This document shows, in pieces, positions 1-14,387 of a DNA stretch of 64,000 nucleotides; positions within the stretch are counted from its first letter, which is position 1; each line of letters opens with the position of its first letter. Both the position numbers and the translations under genes were made by a program. The stretch is from the human T2T-CHM13v2.0 reference genome, Homo sapiens, in NCBI RefSeq assembly GCF_009914755.1, contig NC_060938.1; one strand, written 5' to 3'. Below the pieces are notes generated by a model, which saw only the letters and a program-made list of their open reading frames with translations, searched no databases and was not told where the DNA came from.

Positions 1-234
1 CCAAGTGCAGAAAAATTTAAAGGAAAATGTTGAGGAAATATGGAATGTAAACATATGTGCCAATTCACATCAAACTTCAAATTTATTTGATTATGAGTGC
101 ATTGACTATCTATCTGGAAAAAAATCTTAACTTTTGGATCTCTCCATTTTAATATTTTTACTAACTATTGAGGTGAACACACATTACCTAACGTACCCCT
201 TTATACAAGGTAGTTTTGAAATGTTTGGTTAGTC

Positions 235-900
235 ATATAAATGCAAATCTGCTGCTGATACAAATCTAGGAAGAAAAGTCAATACATCAGATGTCAGAAT
301 CAGGACTGAAAATATCTCAACAGGCTAAAACCTTATAACCAAATTCCAAGATAAAACATTAGGAGTAAATGTAATGTCCCAAACACAGTTTAGAAAAATT
401 AGCCTCACAAGTCTATGATGAGATATACATTGTGTGAAAAAGACTTAAAGGATTGAAATGATGAGGAGCCCAATATAAATTAATGCGGTGTACAAGGCTG
501 CAAAAACTTAGGTCAATTTTAGGCTATATCAATAAATGCAATGTCTTGAACAGGAAAGTTAATAGTCCCATCAGACATTTCACTGGCCAGAACAAACTGG
601 AATGTTGAGCTTGGTTCTGGCTGCAGGTCCAGGGGAAGGCTGCCAAAATGGTGAGGTGTCTGGAAACCATGATTTAAGGATGGTTAATTCTTGGAAATGA
701 AGAAACCTAAAGGGAGACAAGACAACTGTCTTTGAGTACTTAAAAGGCTCTCATGTGTAAAAGGGATTAGATTTTCTATGAAATTTTATAGTCCTGATAA
801 AGAAGTGCTGAATATTTCACCTTAATGTGAAGAAACAGATTATAAGGTAGACACAGCCAAAGTTACAACAGGTGATGCATGAGGACTTCCTGTTGCTGAA
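235..900 (+). mobile_element. L3/CR1 LINE, degenerate 3' part of RT region
   Basis: Decayed CR1 RT motifs in the expected order: 'aaatctgctgctgatacaaatctagga' (KFADDTKLG-like), 'gaaaaagacttaaaggat' (EKDLG-like), 'gtccaggggaaggctgccaaaatggtgaggtgtctggaa' (VQRRATKMVRGLE-like). Boundaries approximate. Confidence 0.65.
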
Positions 901-1243
901 ACTCTTTTATTGTTATGTTGAAATTTAATAAATTGGTAGATTAAACATAACTCAATAGTTTAAACAACACTAATAAAGTCTCATGCACTTAGCACTAAAG
1001 TTAAGAAATAAAGGATTAGCAGTATTTTAGAAGCTCCTATGGGACAGAAATATCTTGAATTCATATTAACCATATTTTTGTTTTTCTTATAGTTTTACCT
1101 CCTAAGTGGGTTTCCCTAAATAATACATTGTTTAGTGTTAAACTTTATGAGTTAATCATGCTTCATATGCTATTCTGGCTTATGTTTATTTTCTCAATGT
1201 GAAGTTTTGTGTTTATCCATGATGATGCATGTAGGAATGGGTC

Positions 1244-1618
1244 TGATATGGTTTGGCTGTGTCCCCATCCAAATCTCATCTTGAACTGTAGTTCCCATAA
1301 TTCCCACATGTTGTGGGTGGGACTTGGTTGGAGGTAACTGAATCATGTGAGTGGTTACCTCCCATGCTGCTTTCATGATAGTGAGTGAGTTCTCATGAGA
1401 TCTGATGGTTTTTTAAGGGGATTTCTCCACTTTGCTCAGCACTTCTCTCTCCTGCCGCCATGTGAAGCAGGACATGTTTGCTTCCCCTTCCACCATGATT
1501 GTAAGTTTCCTGATGCCTCACCAGCCATGTGGAACTGTGAGTCAATTAAACCTCTTTCCTTTGTAAATTACCCAGTCACAGGTATTTCTTCATAGCAGCC
1601 TGAGAATGGACTAATATA
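1244..1618 (+). mobile_element. THE1-family MaLR solo LTR
   Basis: Starts TGATATGGTTTGGCTGTGTCCCC, carries the ATTAAA polyA signal, ends GGACTAATATA; about 375 bp. Confidence 0.95.
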
Positions 1619-2538
1619 GGCTTACTTATTTTCACTACTCTACAGTACTCTATTTGTATGGGCATATCACAATGTATCAATCCACTGATGCATATTTGAG
1701 TTGTTTGCAGTTGCTGTTAAGCACAACCCCAATAAAAACATGCTTTTGTGTGCTTACCAGTGCACAGGGAAGGGTTTCTTGGGGTTGTAGAGCAAGTTCA
1801 ACTTCACTAGGTAACACCAAACACTTCCAAAGTGGTTGTGCCAATTTACCTTCCCATCAGTTTTGGATGACAGCTTCCAGTACTTGAAGTTATTGACATC
1901 CCTTGGTATTTTCAGACTTTTAAAGTTGTTTATCTGGTATGTGTGAAATGTACCTAATTGTGATTTTAATCTGTTAATCCCTTTATACAATGCTTTCATA
2001 TGTTTAAAAAGCATCTGTCTTTCATTTTCTATGTCAGATCTCTTTATTTTTTTTGTCCATTTCTCTAATGAGTTATTATCTTTTTCTTATCGATACCTAG
2101 ACACTAATCCTTTTTTGGTTGCTTATTTTGTAATTATTTTCTTCTAGAATGTGTCTTGTCTTTTTTATTCCTTATGAAATTTTTAAATGTTAATTTAACC
2201 TCCTTAAATGGTAATTTTGTAGCATTTATCAACTTTTTTCCTTTATGGTTTAACTTTATGTAACTTTTTAAAGAATTATTTTTCTACTCTGAGTTACTAA
2301 TATATCCTTCTTTATTGTCTCCTAAAGTTTTCTCTAGTTTTGCATTGACATTTGTCTTTACTTCATCTAGAATTGACATTTATGGTATAAGGTGTAATAT
2401 AGGTATTCAATTCATTGTATCATTTTCGTATAATAATCACTGACATAAAGGTTCACCATTGAATGAATTGTTTCCATCCATGCATGAGTTTATGTGGGGA
2501 CTCTCTTTTCTGTTTGTCAGTGAATCTATCCCTGCATA

Positions 2539-4957
2539 CAGTTATACCTTGTTTTATTGTGCTTCACCTATTGTGTTCAGAGACACTGTGCATTTTACAA
2601 ATTGAAGGTTTGTGGCAATCGTGCTTCCAGCAAGTCTATCAGCACCATTTTTTCAACAGCATGTGCTCACTTCAAGTCTCTGTGTCACATTTTGGTAATT
2701 CCAACAATATTTTAAGCCTTTCAAATTATTATTATTTTCGTTATGATCATTTGTGATCAGTGATCTTTGATGTTTCTATTATAATTGTTTTGTTTTGAGG
2801 CACCATAAACTACACCCCCATAAGATGGCAAACCTAATTAATAAATGTTCTGTGTGTTCTGACTGCTCCACACAGCAACCATCTTTCCCACACCCTTTAT
2901 TTCTCCTTCTTCTCTGGCCTCTCTGTTCCCTGAGACACAAGAATATTAAAATTAGGCCAATTAATAACCCTAAAATGGCCTCTAAGTGTTCAGGTGAAAG
3001 GAAGAGTCACATATCTCTCATTTTATATCAAAAGCTGGAAATGATTAAGCTTAGTGAGAAAGCCATGATGAAAGATGAGATAGGCCAAAAGCTAGGCCTC
3101 TTGCACCAAATGGCTAGTTATGAATGCAAAGGAAAAGTTCTTAAAGAAAATTACAAGTGCTGCTCCAGTGAACACACAAATGAAAAGAAAGTGAAACAGC
3201 CTGATTACTGATATGGAGAAAGTTTTAGGGTTTGGATTGATGATCAAAGCAGTCACAACCTTCCCTTTAGCCAAAGCCTAACCCAGAGCAAAGCCATAAC
3301 TATGTAGGCTGAGAGAGGTGAGGAAGCTATAGAAGAAAAGTGGGAAGGTAGTAGAGGTTGGTTCATGGGGTTTAAGGAAAAAAGCCATTTCCATAACATA
3401 AAAGTGCAAGGTGAAACAACAAGTGCTGATGTAGAAGCTGCAGCAAGTTTCCAGAAGATCTAGGTAAGATCATCGATAAAGGTGTAGAATAAACAATAGA
3501 TTTTCAATGTAGATAAAAAGCCTTATAGTAGAAGATGCTATCTCAAATTTTCATAACTAGAGAAGATAAGTCAATGCCTAGCTTTAAAACTTCAAAGGAG
3601 AGGCTGACTCTCCTTTTAGGGGCTAATGTATTTGGTGACTTTAAATTGAAGTCAATGCTCATTTACCATTTTACCATTCCAAAATCTTAGGGCTCTTAAG
3701 AATTACACTAAATCTACTCTGCCTGTACTCTCTAAATGGAAGAACAAAACCTGGATGGCAGTGTATCTGTTTCTAGTATGACTTACTGAAATATTTTAAG
3801 CCCACTGTGGAGACCTACTGTTCAGAAAAAAAGATTTCTTTCAAAAAAGTACTATTCATTCACAATACACCTGGTCACCCAAAAGCTCTGATGGAAATGT
3901 CCAAAAAGATTAATATTGTTTCCATGCCTGTTAACACAGCATCCATTCCATAAGCCCATAAATCAAGGAGTAACTTTGACTTTCAAATCTTGTTACTTAA
4001 GAAATACATTTCATAAGACTGTAACTGTCATAGGTATTGATTCCTCAGATGGATCTGGAAAAAGTACATTGAAAATCTCCTAGAAAGGATTCACCATTCT
4101 AGATTAGATTAAGAACATTTGTGATTCATGGGAGAAGGTCAAAATGTCAACAATTACAGGAGTTTGGAAGAAGTTGATTCTAAGCCTCATGGAAGACTTT
4201 GAGGGGTTCAAGACTTCAGTGAAGGAAGTCACTGTGGATATGACAGAAATAGTAAGAGAACTAGAGTTAGAAGTGGCGCCCGAAGATGTGACTGGATTGC
4301 TGCAATCTCATACTAAAACTTGAATGGATGAGAAGTTGTTTCCTATGGATAAGAAAAGAAAGTGGCTTCGTGAGATGCAATCTACTCCCAGTGAAGATGC
4401 TATAAACACTGTTGAAATGTCAACAAAAGATCTGGGATATTACATAAACTTAGTTGCTAAAACAGCAGCAGGGTTTGAGGGGATTGACTTCTATTTTGAA
4501 AGAAGTTCTACTGTGGGTAAAGTGCTATCAAACAGCATTGCATGCTATAGAGAAATCTTTCATGAAAGTGTCAGTCAATGTGGCAACCTTCATTAATGTC
4601 TTATTTTAAGAAATTGCCACCGCTACCTCAACCTTCAGCAATCACCACCTTGATCAGTCAGCAGCCATCAACACTGAGGCAAGACCCTCCACCAGCAAAA
4701 AGATTAGGACTTGCTGAAGGCTCAAAAATGATCGTTATCATTTTTTAGCAATGAAGTATTTTTAATTGAGGTATGTACATTGCTTTTTTTAGATATAATA
4801 CAATGCTATTGCACACTTAATAGACTACAGTACAATGTAAATATAATTTTTGTATGCACTGGGAATCTAAAAAAATTGTGTGACTTGCATTATTCCAATA
4901 TTTGCTTTATTGTGGTGGTCTAGAACTGAATCCACAATATTTCTGAGGTATGCTGTG
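2539..4957 (+). mobile_element. Tigger1 DNA transposon, full length (~2.42 kb)
   Basis: TA|CAGTTATACCTTGTTTTATTG at the left end and CAATATTTCTGAGGTATGCTGTG|TA at the right end; TA target duplications at 2537-2538 and 4958-4959; internal transposase remnants. Confidence 0.95.
2975..4740 (+). pseudogene. Disrupted Tigger1 (pogo-like, TIGD1-related) transposase
   Basis: ATG at 2975 gives MASKCSGERKSHISLILYQKLEMIKLSE. The C-terminal fragment in ORF 4324-4596 reads [26 protein letters not shown]...[24 protein letters not shown]. Many stops and frameshifts lie between them. Confidence 0.9.
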
Positions 4958-5016
4958 TATATTATATTTTCTTGTTACAGTCTTTTTTGGTCTTGACATG
5001 TGGCCAAGCAAGATGT

Positions 5017-5022
5017 ACTCAC

Positions 5023-5080
<58 letters not shown>

Positions 5081-5082
5081 CA
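5017..5082. repeat. Compound microsatellite (ACTC)n(CT)n(CA)n
   Basis: Directly visible. Confidence 0.95.
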
Positions 5083-5450
5083 GTTTTTTTCTTTAGGAGT
5101 GTGGGATTTAGTTCCTAGTGCATTTGTTCTGGCATATCCATTTTAGAACCAATTTATCAAGTTCCATAAAAGCAAAACAATGCAATGCAAGAAATATCTT
5201 ATGGAGATTTTGTAGAGGATTCCTTGTAATGTATAGATCAGCGTGAGGAAAACTGACAACTTTACACCATGGACTCTTCTTTCTATCCAAGAACATTATT
5301 GAGATGTTTTGGTTTATTTGATATACTGCTTTTCAATAACCTTGACATGTTTTATCATAGAAATTTAAAACACCCTTTGTTTGATTTCTTCACTTTCATT
5401 TCTTTTGCTGTTGCTGTTTTAAATAGGACATTTGTATCAAATACCTCTTA

Positions 5451-6011
5451 TGTATCATTTCACAAACTCTTGGCTTCAGCCCTTATTCCAGCTCTGCTGC
5501 TGTGATCCTGTCTAACAAATTTGTCCAGCTTTATTCTATGCAACCTTACAGCGTACCTGTGTTCATATACTATTAATTGTATTACTTTTAAATGGCAAAA
5601 ACCGAAATTACTTTTGCACCAATCTAATATGTCATTTAGTGCCTGCTCCTGAGCCTCTTTTGCACCCAGTCAGAGACACTCATGGAAGCTCATCCACACT
5701 CATCTTTATGCAACCTAGAAGTGCAAGGGAGTTAGCATGTGGGGTCTCATCCCTGAGCACTGAGCAACAAGAGCATATGGATAGATGCATCCTCCTTTCC
5801 TATCACAGGAGGACATTTCTGAGAGGCCTTCCATAGGTTTTAGAAGGCTTTGTGGCCAGATCAATAATACAGATTTATCTTGGCTTTCTTTTCTTTCCTG
5901 CTTATCCCCCTATTCCTCACAATTATTACCTATAATCACATTATTGAATTACCTAACTGCACTAAAGCCTTTGTTACAGGCTCTGCCTCTGAGGGAACCC
6001 TAGCTAAGACA
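5451..6011 (+). mobile_element. LTR33-like ERVL solo LTR
   Basis: Begins TGTATCATTTCACAAACTCTTGGCTTCAGCC, has internal 'cctagaagtgcaagggagttag', ends CAGGCTCTGCCTCTGAGGGAACCCTAGCTAAGACA. Confidence 0.75.
5573..5627. mobile_element. MADE1 (Hsmar1 MITE), left arm largely deleted
   Basis: ATTACTTTTAAATGGCAAAAACCGAAATTACTTTTGCACCAATCTAA with TA on both sides (5571-5572, 5628-5629). Confidence 0.9.
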
Positions 6012-7959
6012 GTATTTTAAAATTATATTTTCTGGTTGTTGCTGATGTATAGAGTGCAATTGACTCATATCAACAACAATTCCACTATTTGAGTTCTAAG
6101 GAATAAGTGCTTTATATATTATCAATTTTAATCCTCATAGACTTTATGATGTAGGTACATGAGTATACATAATAATAAAGTTTAATATACTGACTTTTGT
6201 ATATGGCAATATTGATAATTCATATTAATTATAATAAAATGTGTATAGAATCGTTAGAATTTTCTGTGTAAGCAATCCTTGGCTTCATGCTATATAAAAG
6301 GAAATACATTCAACATTTCACATTTAAATATAATGCTTACTGTAGGATTTTTATAGATCTCTACATTAGATTAAGGAAAGTATAATTTATTCCCCATTAG
6401 TTATGAGTTTTTGTTTTAAATAGATAAGAATTTCACTAAATGCTTTTTAACCTATTTATTAATTAGATATTAATTTGATTTTCTCCTTAATTTCAAATTA
6501 GAAATTAATTTAATTTATTTAATTGATATTAGATTACCATTGAAATAAACCCACTGTGGTCATGATTATCTCTTTTATATATCACTTAATTTCATTTGAT
6601 ATTATGTTTACTAATACTAATTTCATTTGTATTCATGTTTACTAATGAAACTTGTCTAGTATTAAGTATCAAGGTAATATTAATCTCAAGATGAGCTAAA
6701 GAATGATATTGTTTTTCCTCTTTAAGAGTTAGCATATGTTTAGAATTATCTTTTCACTGAAAATTTAGTAAAACTTTCCATTAAACTGGTCTGATATTAG
6801 TGCTTCCATTGTGGAAAGATTTTTAATCTTTAATTCAAGTTTCCTAATGACTATTTTTCATCCCTTGTATTCTTCTTGGGTCACTTTTAGAAGTTGCATT
6901 TTTCTAAGAATTTACTTACTTTACCTAGGTTTTAAAATATTTTTTCATAAGCTATTTATAATATCTTCTTAATTTTCATAACTTTTGTCTCCTTTTTCAT
7001 TTATAATATTGTTTGTTTGCAATTTGAACCATAGTTTTCGTGATTAATCTTGTCAGAGGTTCATCTAATTTATTATTATTTTCAAAGAACCAATCTCTGG
7101 TTTTGGTGATTTCATTATCCTTCTTCATTTTCTATGTCATTAATTTCTGTTATAATCTTCCTTCTACTTTTTAAGAACTATTTTGCTGTTCTAACTTTTC
7201 AAGTTGAATGTTTAAGATGTTTGATTAATTTTGAGTGTTTCTTCTTTAAAGTTGATAATTTCCTGTAATATAACTTTAGCTGTATAACAATTTTAACAAT
7301 AGGATTTTCATTATCATTACATTCTAAGTATTTTTGAAATTGTATTATGGTTTACTCTTCAACCCGTGAGTATATTTAATAACATATATTTTAATTTTAA
7401 TCACTTTTTTCTATGTTTTTGGAGGTTATTGATCTCTAATTTAATGACATTGTCACCTCAGATGATGCGTTATTTATTCTATCAATCCTTTGAAATTTGT
7501 TGTGACTAATTCTAAGTATAGCACATGGTCAGTTTTCACAAATTTCTTTATATGCTTGAAAATAATGTTTGTTATCCAATTATTAGATGTATAATAATTT
7601 CCCATATAGGTAAATTAGAACATGTTTACTGATTTTGCTATTAACATCTTCTATACATGTAGACATAAAAGTATCTTAATTGACTTGTGCTATCAATGAC
7701 TAAGAGATACATTGTCAACCTTGATGATGTTTAATGTATCTTTCTCTTTGCGATTCCGTCAATTTTTTATTTAAAATTTTGAGGCGATGCAAGTGTGTAC
7801 ATAGCAATTGAGAATATTTTAATTTCTTGATGAATGTAGCTTTTCATTCTTTTCAGTGATTCTCAAAATTACAAGCAATTCTTTTTTGCCTTTGAGTTTA
7901 CTCTGCATAGTATTAGCACTGCTATGGCAGCTTTGTCTTGGTTAGTATTTGACTTGAAG

Positions 7960-8055
7960 TCAAGGGAGGTTGAATGACAGGCCCAAGTTCACAAAGATAA
8001 TTCCCAGAAGTTGAACTAGGACCCAGACTTTCTGACATCCAGTCCAGTTCTCTTG
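7960..8055 (-). mobile_element. MIR SINE fragment
   Basis: 'gaggttgaatgacaggcccaagttcaca...gaactaggacccagactttctgacatccagtcc' matches the antisense MIR core. Confidence 0.65.
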
Positions 8056-8099
8056 CTTGCATCCTACAGAGCAAGTGTGATGTGATACAGAAGAGAGCC

Positions 8100-8480
8100 A
8101 GAAAGACATGAATGACATATGTTAAGAAGCAATGAAGACAGCAGGGCTAGCTACAGAGGAACAATGCAGGGTAGTTAAACCCAGGCACAGAGTTTGAATT
8201 TTATGATCAGCGTGTCATGACCAAGTAAGATTTTAGGAAGCCTATAATTTCAGCCATATTCAAGAGAGAAAATGAGACCGTTTAAAAGGGTCCTGTCCCT
8301 CCAAACCCAGTATAATGTAATGAGAGTTTGACTCAAAGCCATGGGAATGAAAAGAAAAAGGCAGATTCAAGAGTCATTTTATGTAGGAAATGACACACCA
8401 AAATGACTTAATGGATTTTGGAGGTGAAGGAAATAGTAGAGTCAAAGATACTACCTCATTTATGTCTGTAGTAACCTGAC
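8100..8480 (-). mobile_element. L2 LINE fragment
   Basis: 'gcagattcaagagtcatttt...ggaggtgaaggaaatagtagagtcaaagatactacc' is typical antisense L2. Confidence 0.5.
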
Positions 8481-10178
8481 AGCTTTATTACTTTTTAGGT
8501 TAGAAACCGCAGAGTGGGGAATCAGTAGATGGCCTAGGGAAGGAGAGAAAATAATGGGTTTCCTCTCCATGCAGTGAGTCGGGTATTTCTAGTATGCAGA
8601 GGAAATACACTACTAAGCACAGATTGAAATATGTAGGGATCTTTTTATTTGTTGTTGGTTTTGTGTCATTTTGCCCTATGAGAAAGGAGACCATTTGCAT
8701 AGAAATCATAGTGGAATATTTGTTTCAGGCTCTGTTTTTCTTAACAAACACAAAGAATCATTGTCTGTCAAACACTTTAAATTAAAAATTGCTATAATTT
8801 ATTACTGCTATATTTTAAAAATTGATATCAAAGATAATGGCTTTATGAACAAAATTCTGGTCAACCCAGAGGGCCTTCTTGGACAACCACTGTATTCCAG
8901 GCACTCTTGAGCATCCTTGTATTAAATAAGTAAGATTTATTGCTTCAGCGGTTTGAAATTCCTTGTGGACCTCCCCTTAAAGTATTGACAAGGCTCAACC
9001 CTATTTAATCCACAACCATTAAGATCAAAGCATTATGTGGTACATCCGCTTGTGTAATTACCAGTAATGCCAGAAAACAGCTTTGTGAATTCGGTCACGA
9101 TGAACTCTGAGGGAATAAGCAGCTGGAAAGGCTCTAGGAACTCTCTCTCCAGAACTTTAAAAAACTGTACTCAACCCAGTGAATATTTTTTTCAGTGAGT
9201 TTGGTTTTGGTTTTTGTTTTTCCAACTGGATATAATATAAATGTCTGAGATTTTGCTACATAATACGATCTCTTTGGAAGGGTCAATCCTAATGTTTTAG
9301 GCCAGTTCAGCAGGCTTGAGTTCAACTCTGGAAATGTGTAAGTTCCAACAGGATCCTAAAAAACCACCTAAAAGAGCCTGTGTTTGCCCACAGATTATTT
9401 ATGTGTGAGCCCTTCCACTGGTAGAACAGCAAAGACCCAGGGGAATCATTGAGATGTCTGAACATCAACAGTAAGTCTATTTAGATGCTCTAAAATCACA
9501 AATTCAAATCCCCAGAAGGCCTACTAAGCCCTGGCTTCAAGGTACATTCATGTAGTATAATGCTGTCTGTTATGAGACTTTTATATTAATACAGAGCACA
9601 CAGAACTTCAGTTTTAAAGTTCCCACGTCAATTTTTGTAGCAATAGAAGTTGTCTTTGTGTTCTCAGCCAATGTCTCTGGGACTTGGCTGAAATTTTGGA
9701 GCCATTGAGAAAGTGGCTATATATGTAATTTCAGATTAATAATAAAAGAGATATTTATTTATTTAAAATCTCAAAATGTATTGTATATCTAGAGTAAATA
9801 AAGTGTTTTGAAAATGTCTCCTAACAATACAACAAGATGAATCTACATTGGCCAAGGTTTTGCCTCCAAACTTCATATATAGTCATGAGACATTTCCAAA
9901 AGCTTCAGTAAACATAAAGTTTTTTAAAGCTTTTAGGAAGATGAGTTTTTCTTTTGTTTGTTTCCTCCAAGTAACCTGCTACTTGTCTATGTTCATCAGG
10001 AAACATCACCTCTTAGTAATCTTAACTTTTTTCATTAGAGAATGAAAGAGACATAAATGGAACTGATTGCAATTCTCTAAAACCTCTCTCTTAATTTCTA
10101 TGTGTTTTTATGTGTTGCTCCCTTTGCTTAGGTTATCCTTTCCTACACTCTTTTTAAAATAAATCCTAAAAATTCTTT

Positions 10179-10530
<352 letters not shown>

Positions 10531-10877
10531 AAAATCCTAAAGATTCTTTAGCACTTAGCTGAATTGTCACTTCTAGAAAGCTGTAGAAAGCCTAAATGTC
10601 TCTCTCCTACTTTAGTCTCTTCTCTTTTGACCAAACTGGGCACCTGCTCCTGACTTCCACAGTCACTTTGACCTTTTTCTGTCATAACACTCACTTGTAT
10701 TTACTTCTCTCCAGCAAGAGCACCTCAAATATACTGCCTTACTTGCATCCTAGCACCTAGTGTAATAAATGTCTTTTAAGTGCATAATAGAACTCTGACA
10801 AACTGCTTTCTCACTCACTTCACAGACGTACAAAACAAATGTGATCTTTTCTTTTAAAGTTTTTGATAAATTATGTA

Positions 10878-11900
<1,023 letters not shown>

Positions 11901-12374
11901 TTTACTTTTGTGAAGTTATAAGTTTGTTACAAAGTAAATTAGAATCAGGCAAATCCCATGACTAACCATAATACTGACAACATACACGCACATATGCATA
12001 AACACACACATACCACACACATGGATGAACACACACACACACACCCCTACCACATCCAGATATAGCTAGTGACACAACACACACAAACCTCTTGGTTTAA
12101 TCTGATCTGGGGCAGTAGGCACTATTGCAAATGCTATGGCAATCTGTGACTTAGGATTCACCTCATAACTGCTCTATATGAGCCACCTCTGGCTGCTTCT
12201 ACCTAGTTCACAAGTCTACAACTACAGTTTGCCAATATTCCCTTCACAAATGCACTGCCCTGTCTTAGCCTGAATATAATTGTGGCCATGGGCAGTTACT
12301 TTTACCCCTCTGCCATCACAAAACCCTGGTTTTTTGTCCACTCAGAGAGGCTCAGCTGCCCCAAGCTCCACTCC

Positions 12375-12495
12375 AGAGATATAATGCAAAGAAGAAAGGC
12401 TTGGAGTTTGAATCTTGATTTTGCTGCTTACTGGTTGAGTAATGTCACTGACCTCTCTGAACCTTAGTTTCCTCATTTGTGAAATGCAGAAGTGT
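12375..12495 (+). mobile_element. MIR SINE fragment
   Basis: Core 'acctctctgaaccttagtttcctcatttgtgaaatg'. Confidence 0.75.
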
Positions 12496-13983
12496 TAAAA
12501 ACTTGAAGAGATGCAAGAGATAATCTTTCTCATTCTGCCTCTGTGCTTCAGGATGTCATTCACAGTCTTGTCCAAAAAAATATGCCATCAAAGTAACATT
12601 AGTAAAGCCACCAACTGGGATGTCTATGACATATTCAACACTCACAGCCATGTCTAAGGTCAGAATCTGACTCTACTCTAAAGACTTCTAGTTTGGATCA
12701 ATTCCTACCAGCAGTGGCATCACTGGGACCACTTGCTGTCCCAGAAACAGGGTCCCAAGATGGCTTCTAGTCTTGAGTTTTCATTAAACCCTTTGCATTT
12801 TGAGGATAATAATACTATCAACAGGGCAATCCACAAACAGAGATGATAATGATGTCTCAGAAAGGAGGCATCAAACCAAGATATTTTTCAAGATTTGGCA
12901 AGTCAGTCTCTTTACAAAGTTCCTTTAATCACTGAGGGGCTAAGGCCACTTGAATTTCATTTATTTTTAAGTAGTGTTTTAGGATAAAGGCTAAAATTGC
13001 TCCAATGGGAGGGAGAGAAAGAGAGGGCAGACAAGAGCAAAGGGTTGAGAGCTGAGCAATGTGTCAATACACACAATGGAAATCATCAACAGACACTGAG
13101 GGCAAATTACTTTCATATACAGGAATTATACCCCAATAAAAGAGACTGATAGATGCTTACACAGCTGTGGTTATCAGGATAACATAACAGTGTTTGTTCA
13201 AAGCAAATAATGGAGTAGCATCAGGCTCAATATGACAGGCTTTCAGACCTTACCAACAATAGAGAAAGGACAAGTACCGAATAAGGCAATAAAATAATCA
13301 GGGAAAAAGAACAAAGATTGAGCCCCAGGTTGATGTCGAGAAGTGCGAGTGATGTGAGGAGGGTTTTAAGGAGGCTGCTTTTTTAGCCTATAAGGTTAAT
13401 TCTAAATATCTAACAGGTTAATGCACAATTTTCAGACAACTTTACAACCCATGCATAATTAGACTGATGTTTGTGAGTTATTTGTTTTGTTTCTAATTGA
13501 AATTTGGAATTTGAACTATGTAATAATTGGTGTTAGGAGGGAGATGGAATATGCAAAAAGTTGGCCATTTGTCCTCCAGAAGGAGACGTCTATGTGCCCC
13601 AGTCAAAGATAAAGTAACGTAAGCTATTTTGTCCTAGTAGTTTGTTATAAATTATAATTCAGGTAAAATATATCATTAGAAATGGCAGTAAATCATGGAT
13701 TAAAGTGTTTGTGTTTCTTCTGTTGACATCGTCTTTTAATACAGCGCCTCAATCAAAACTTGGTTCTCTCTTCTCAAGAAATAAGATGTTTATTTTCCCT
13801 TTCTCAGACAAATTTTACCTGAGCAATAGCATTTTGTTTTGATAAATATAATCTTTGACTTCATAAAATAGAAGATCACCATCTTTATTTATTTCTTGTC
13901 TCACCATGAAATAGGTTCTGGAATGCTACTTCTTGAAGGTACCAATGGGAGAAATAATTTCAACCATTATGTAAAATTGAATA

Positions 13984-14387
13984 CAGGCTGAATAGTCCTT
14001 ATACAAAATGCCTGGCACCAGAACTGTTTCAAATTTTGGATTTTTAAAAAATTTTGGAATATTTGCACATACATAATGAGATATTTTGGGACTGGGACCT
14101 AAATCTAAATATAAAATGTATTTATGTTTTATATACACATTATATACATATCCTGAAGGTAATTTTATGCAATATTTTTTAAAATTTCTTTTCTTAAGCT
14201 TAGTGGCAAGAATGCAATATTTTAAATAATTTTATGCGTGAAACAAAGTTTTGAATGAGTTTTGGCAGCAACCCATTACATAAGGTCAGATGTAGAATTT
14301 TCCACTTGTGACATCATGTCGGTGCTCAAGTTTCAGATTTTGGAGCATTTCAGGCTTCAGATTTTTGGATCAAGTCTGCTCAACCTG
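13984..14387. mobile_element. Tigger4b/MER46-type non-autonomous DNA transposon
   Basis: TA|CAGGCTGAATAGTCCTTAT ... CTGCTCAACCTG|TA inverted termini; internal 'aattttccacttgtgacatcatgtcggtgctc'. Confidence 0.9.

Larger units (their letters stand above)
1150..7955 (-). mobile_element. Old L1M (L1ME-like) LINE, antisense, host of nested insertions
   Basis: T-rich antisense L1 3'UTR/ORF2 sequence resumes across each insertion. The minus-strand ORF 5108-5296 ('FMELDKLVLKWI') resembles L1 ORF2 'FFTELEKLILKFIW'. Confidence 0.7.

Noticed and set aside
2795-4596. ORFs resembling TIGD1
   Set aside because: They are fragments of a decayed Tigger1 transposase with many stops and frameshifts, not a domesticated gene.
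5573-5627. miR-548-type precursor from MADE1 (also 55801-55851)
   Set aside because: Each copy lacks one arm, so no hairpin precursor can form.
6588-6646. ~31-bp imperfect tandem duplication (similar small ones at ~51285-51338 and 62821-62841)
   Set aside because: Ordinary slippage products in AT-rich DNA with no spacer structure; not CRISPR-like.
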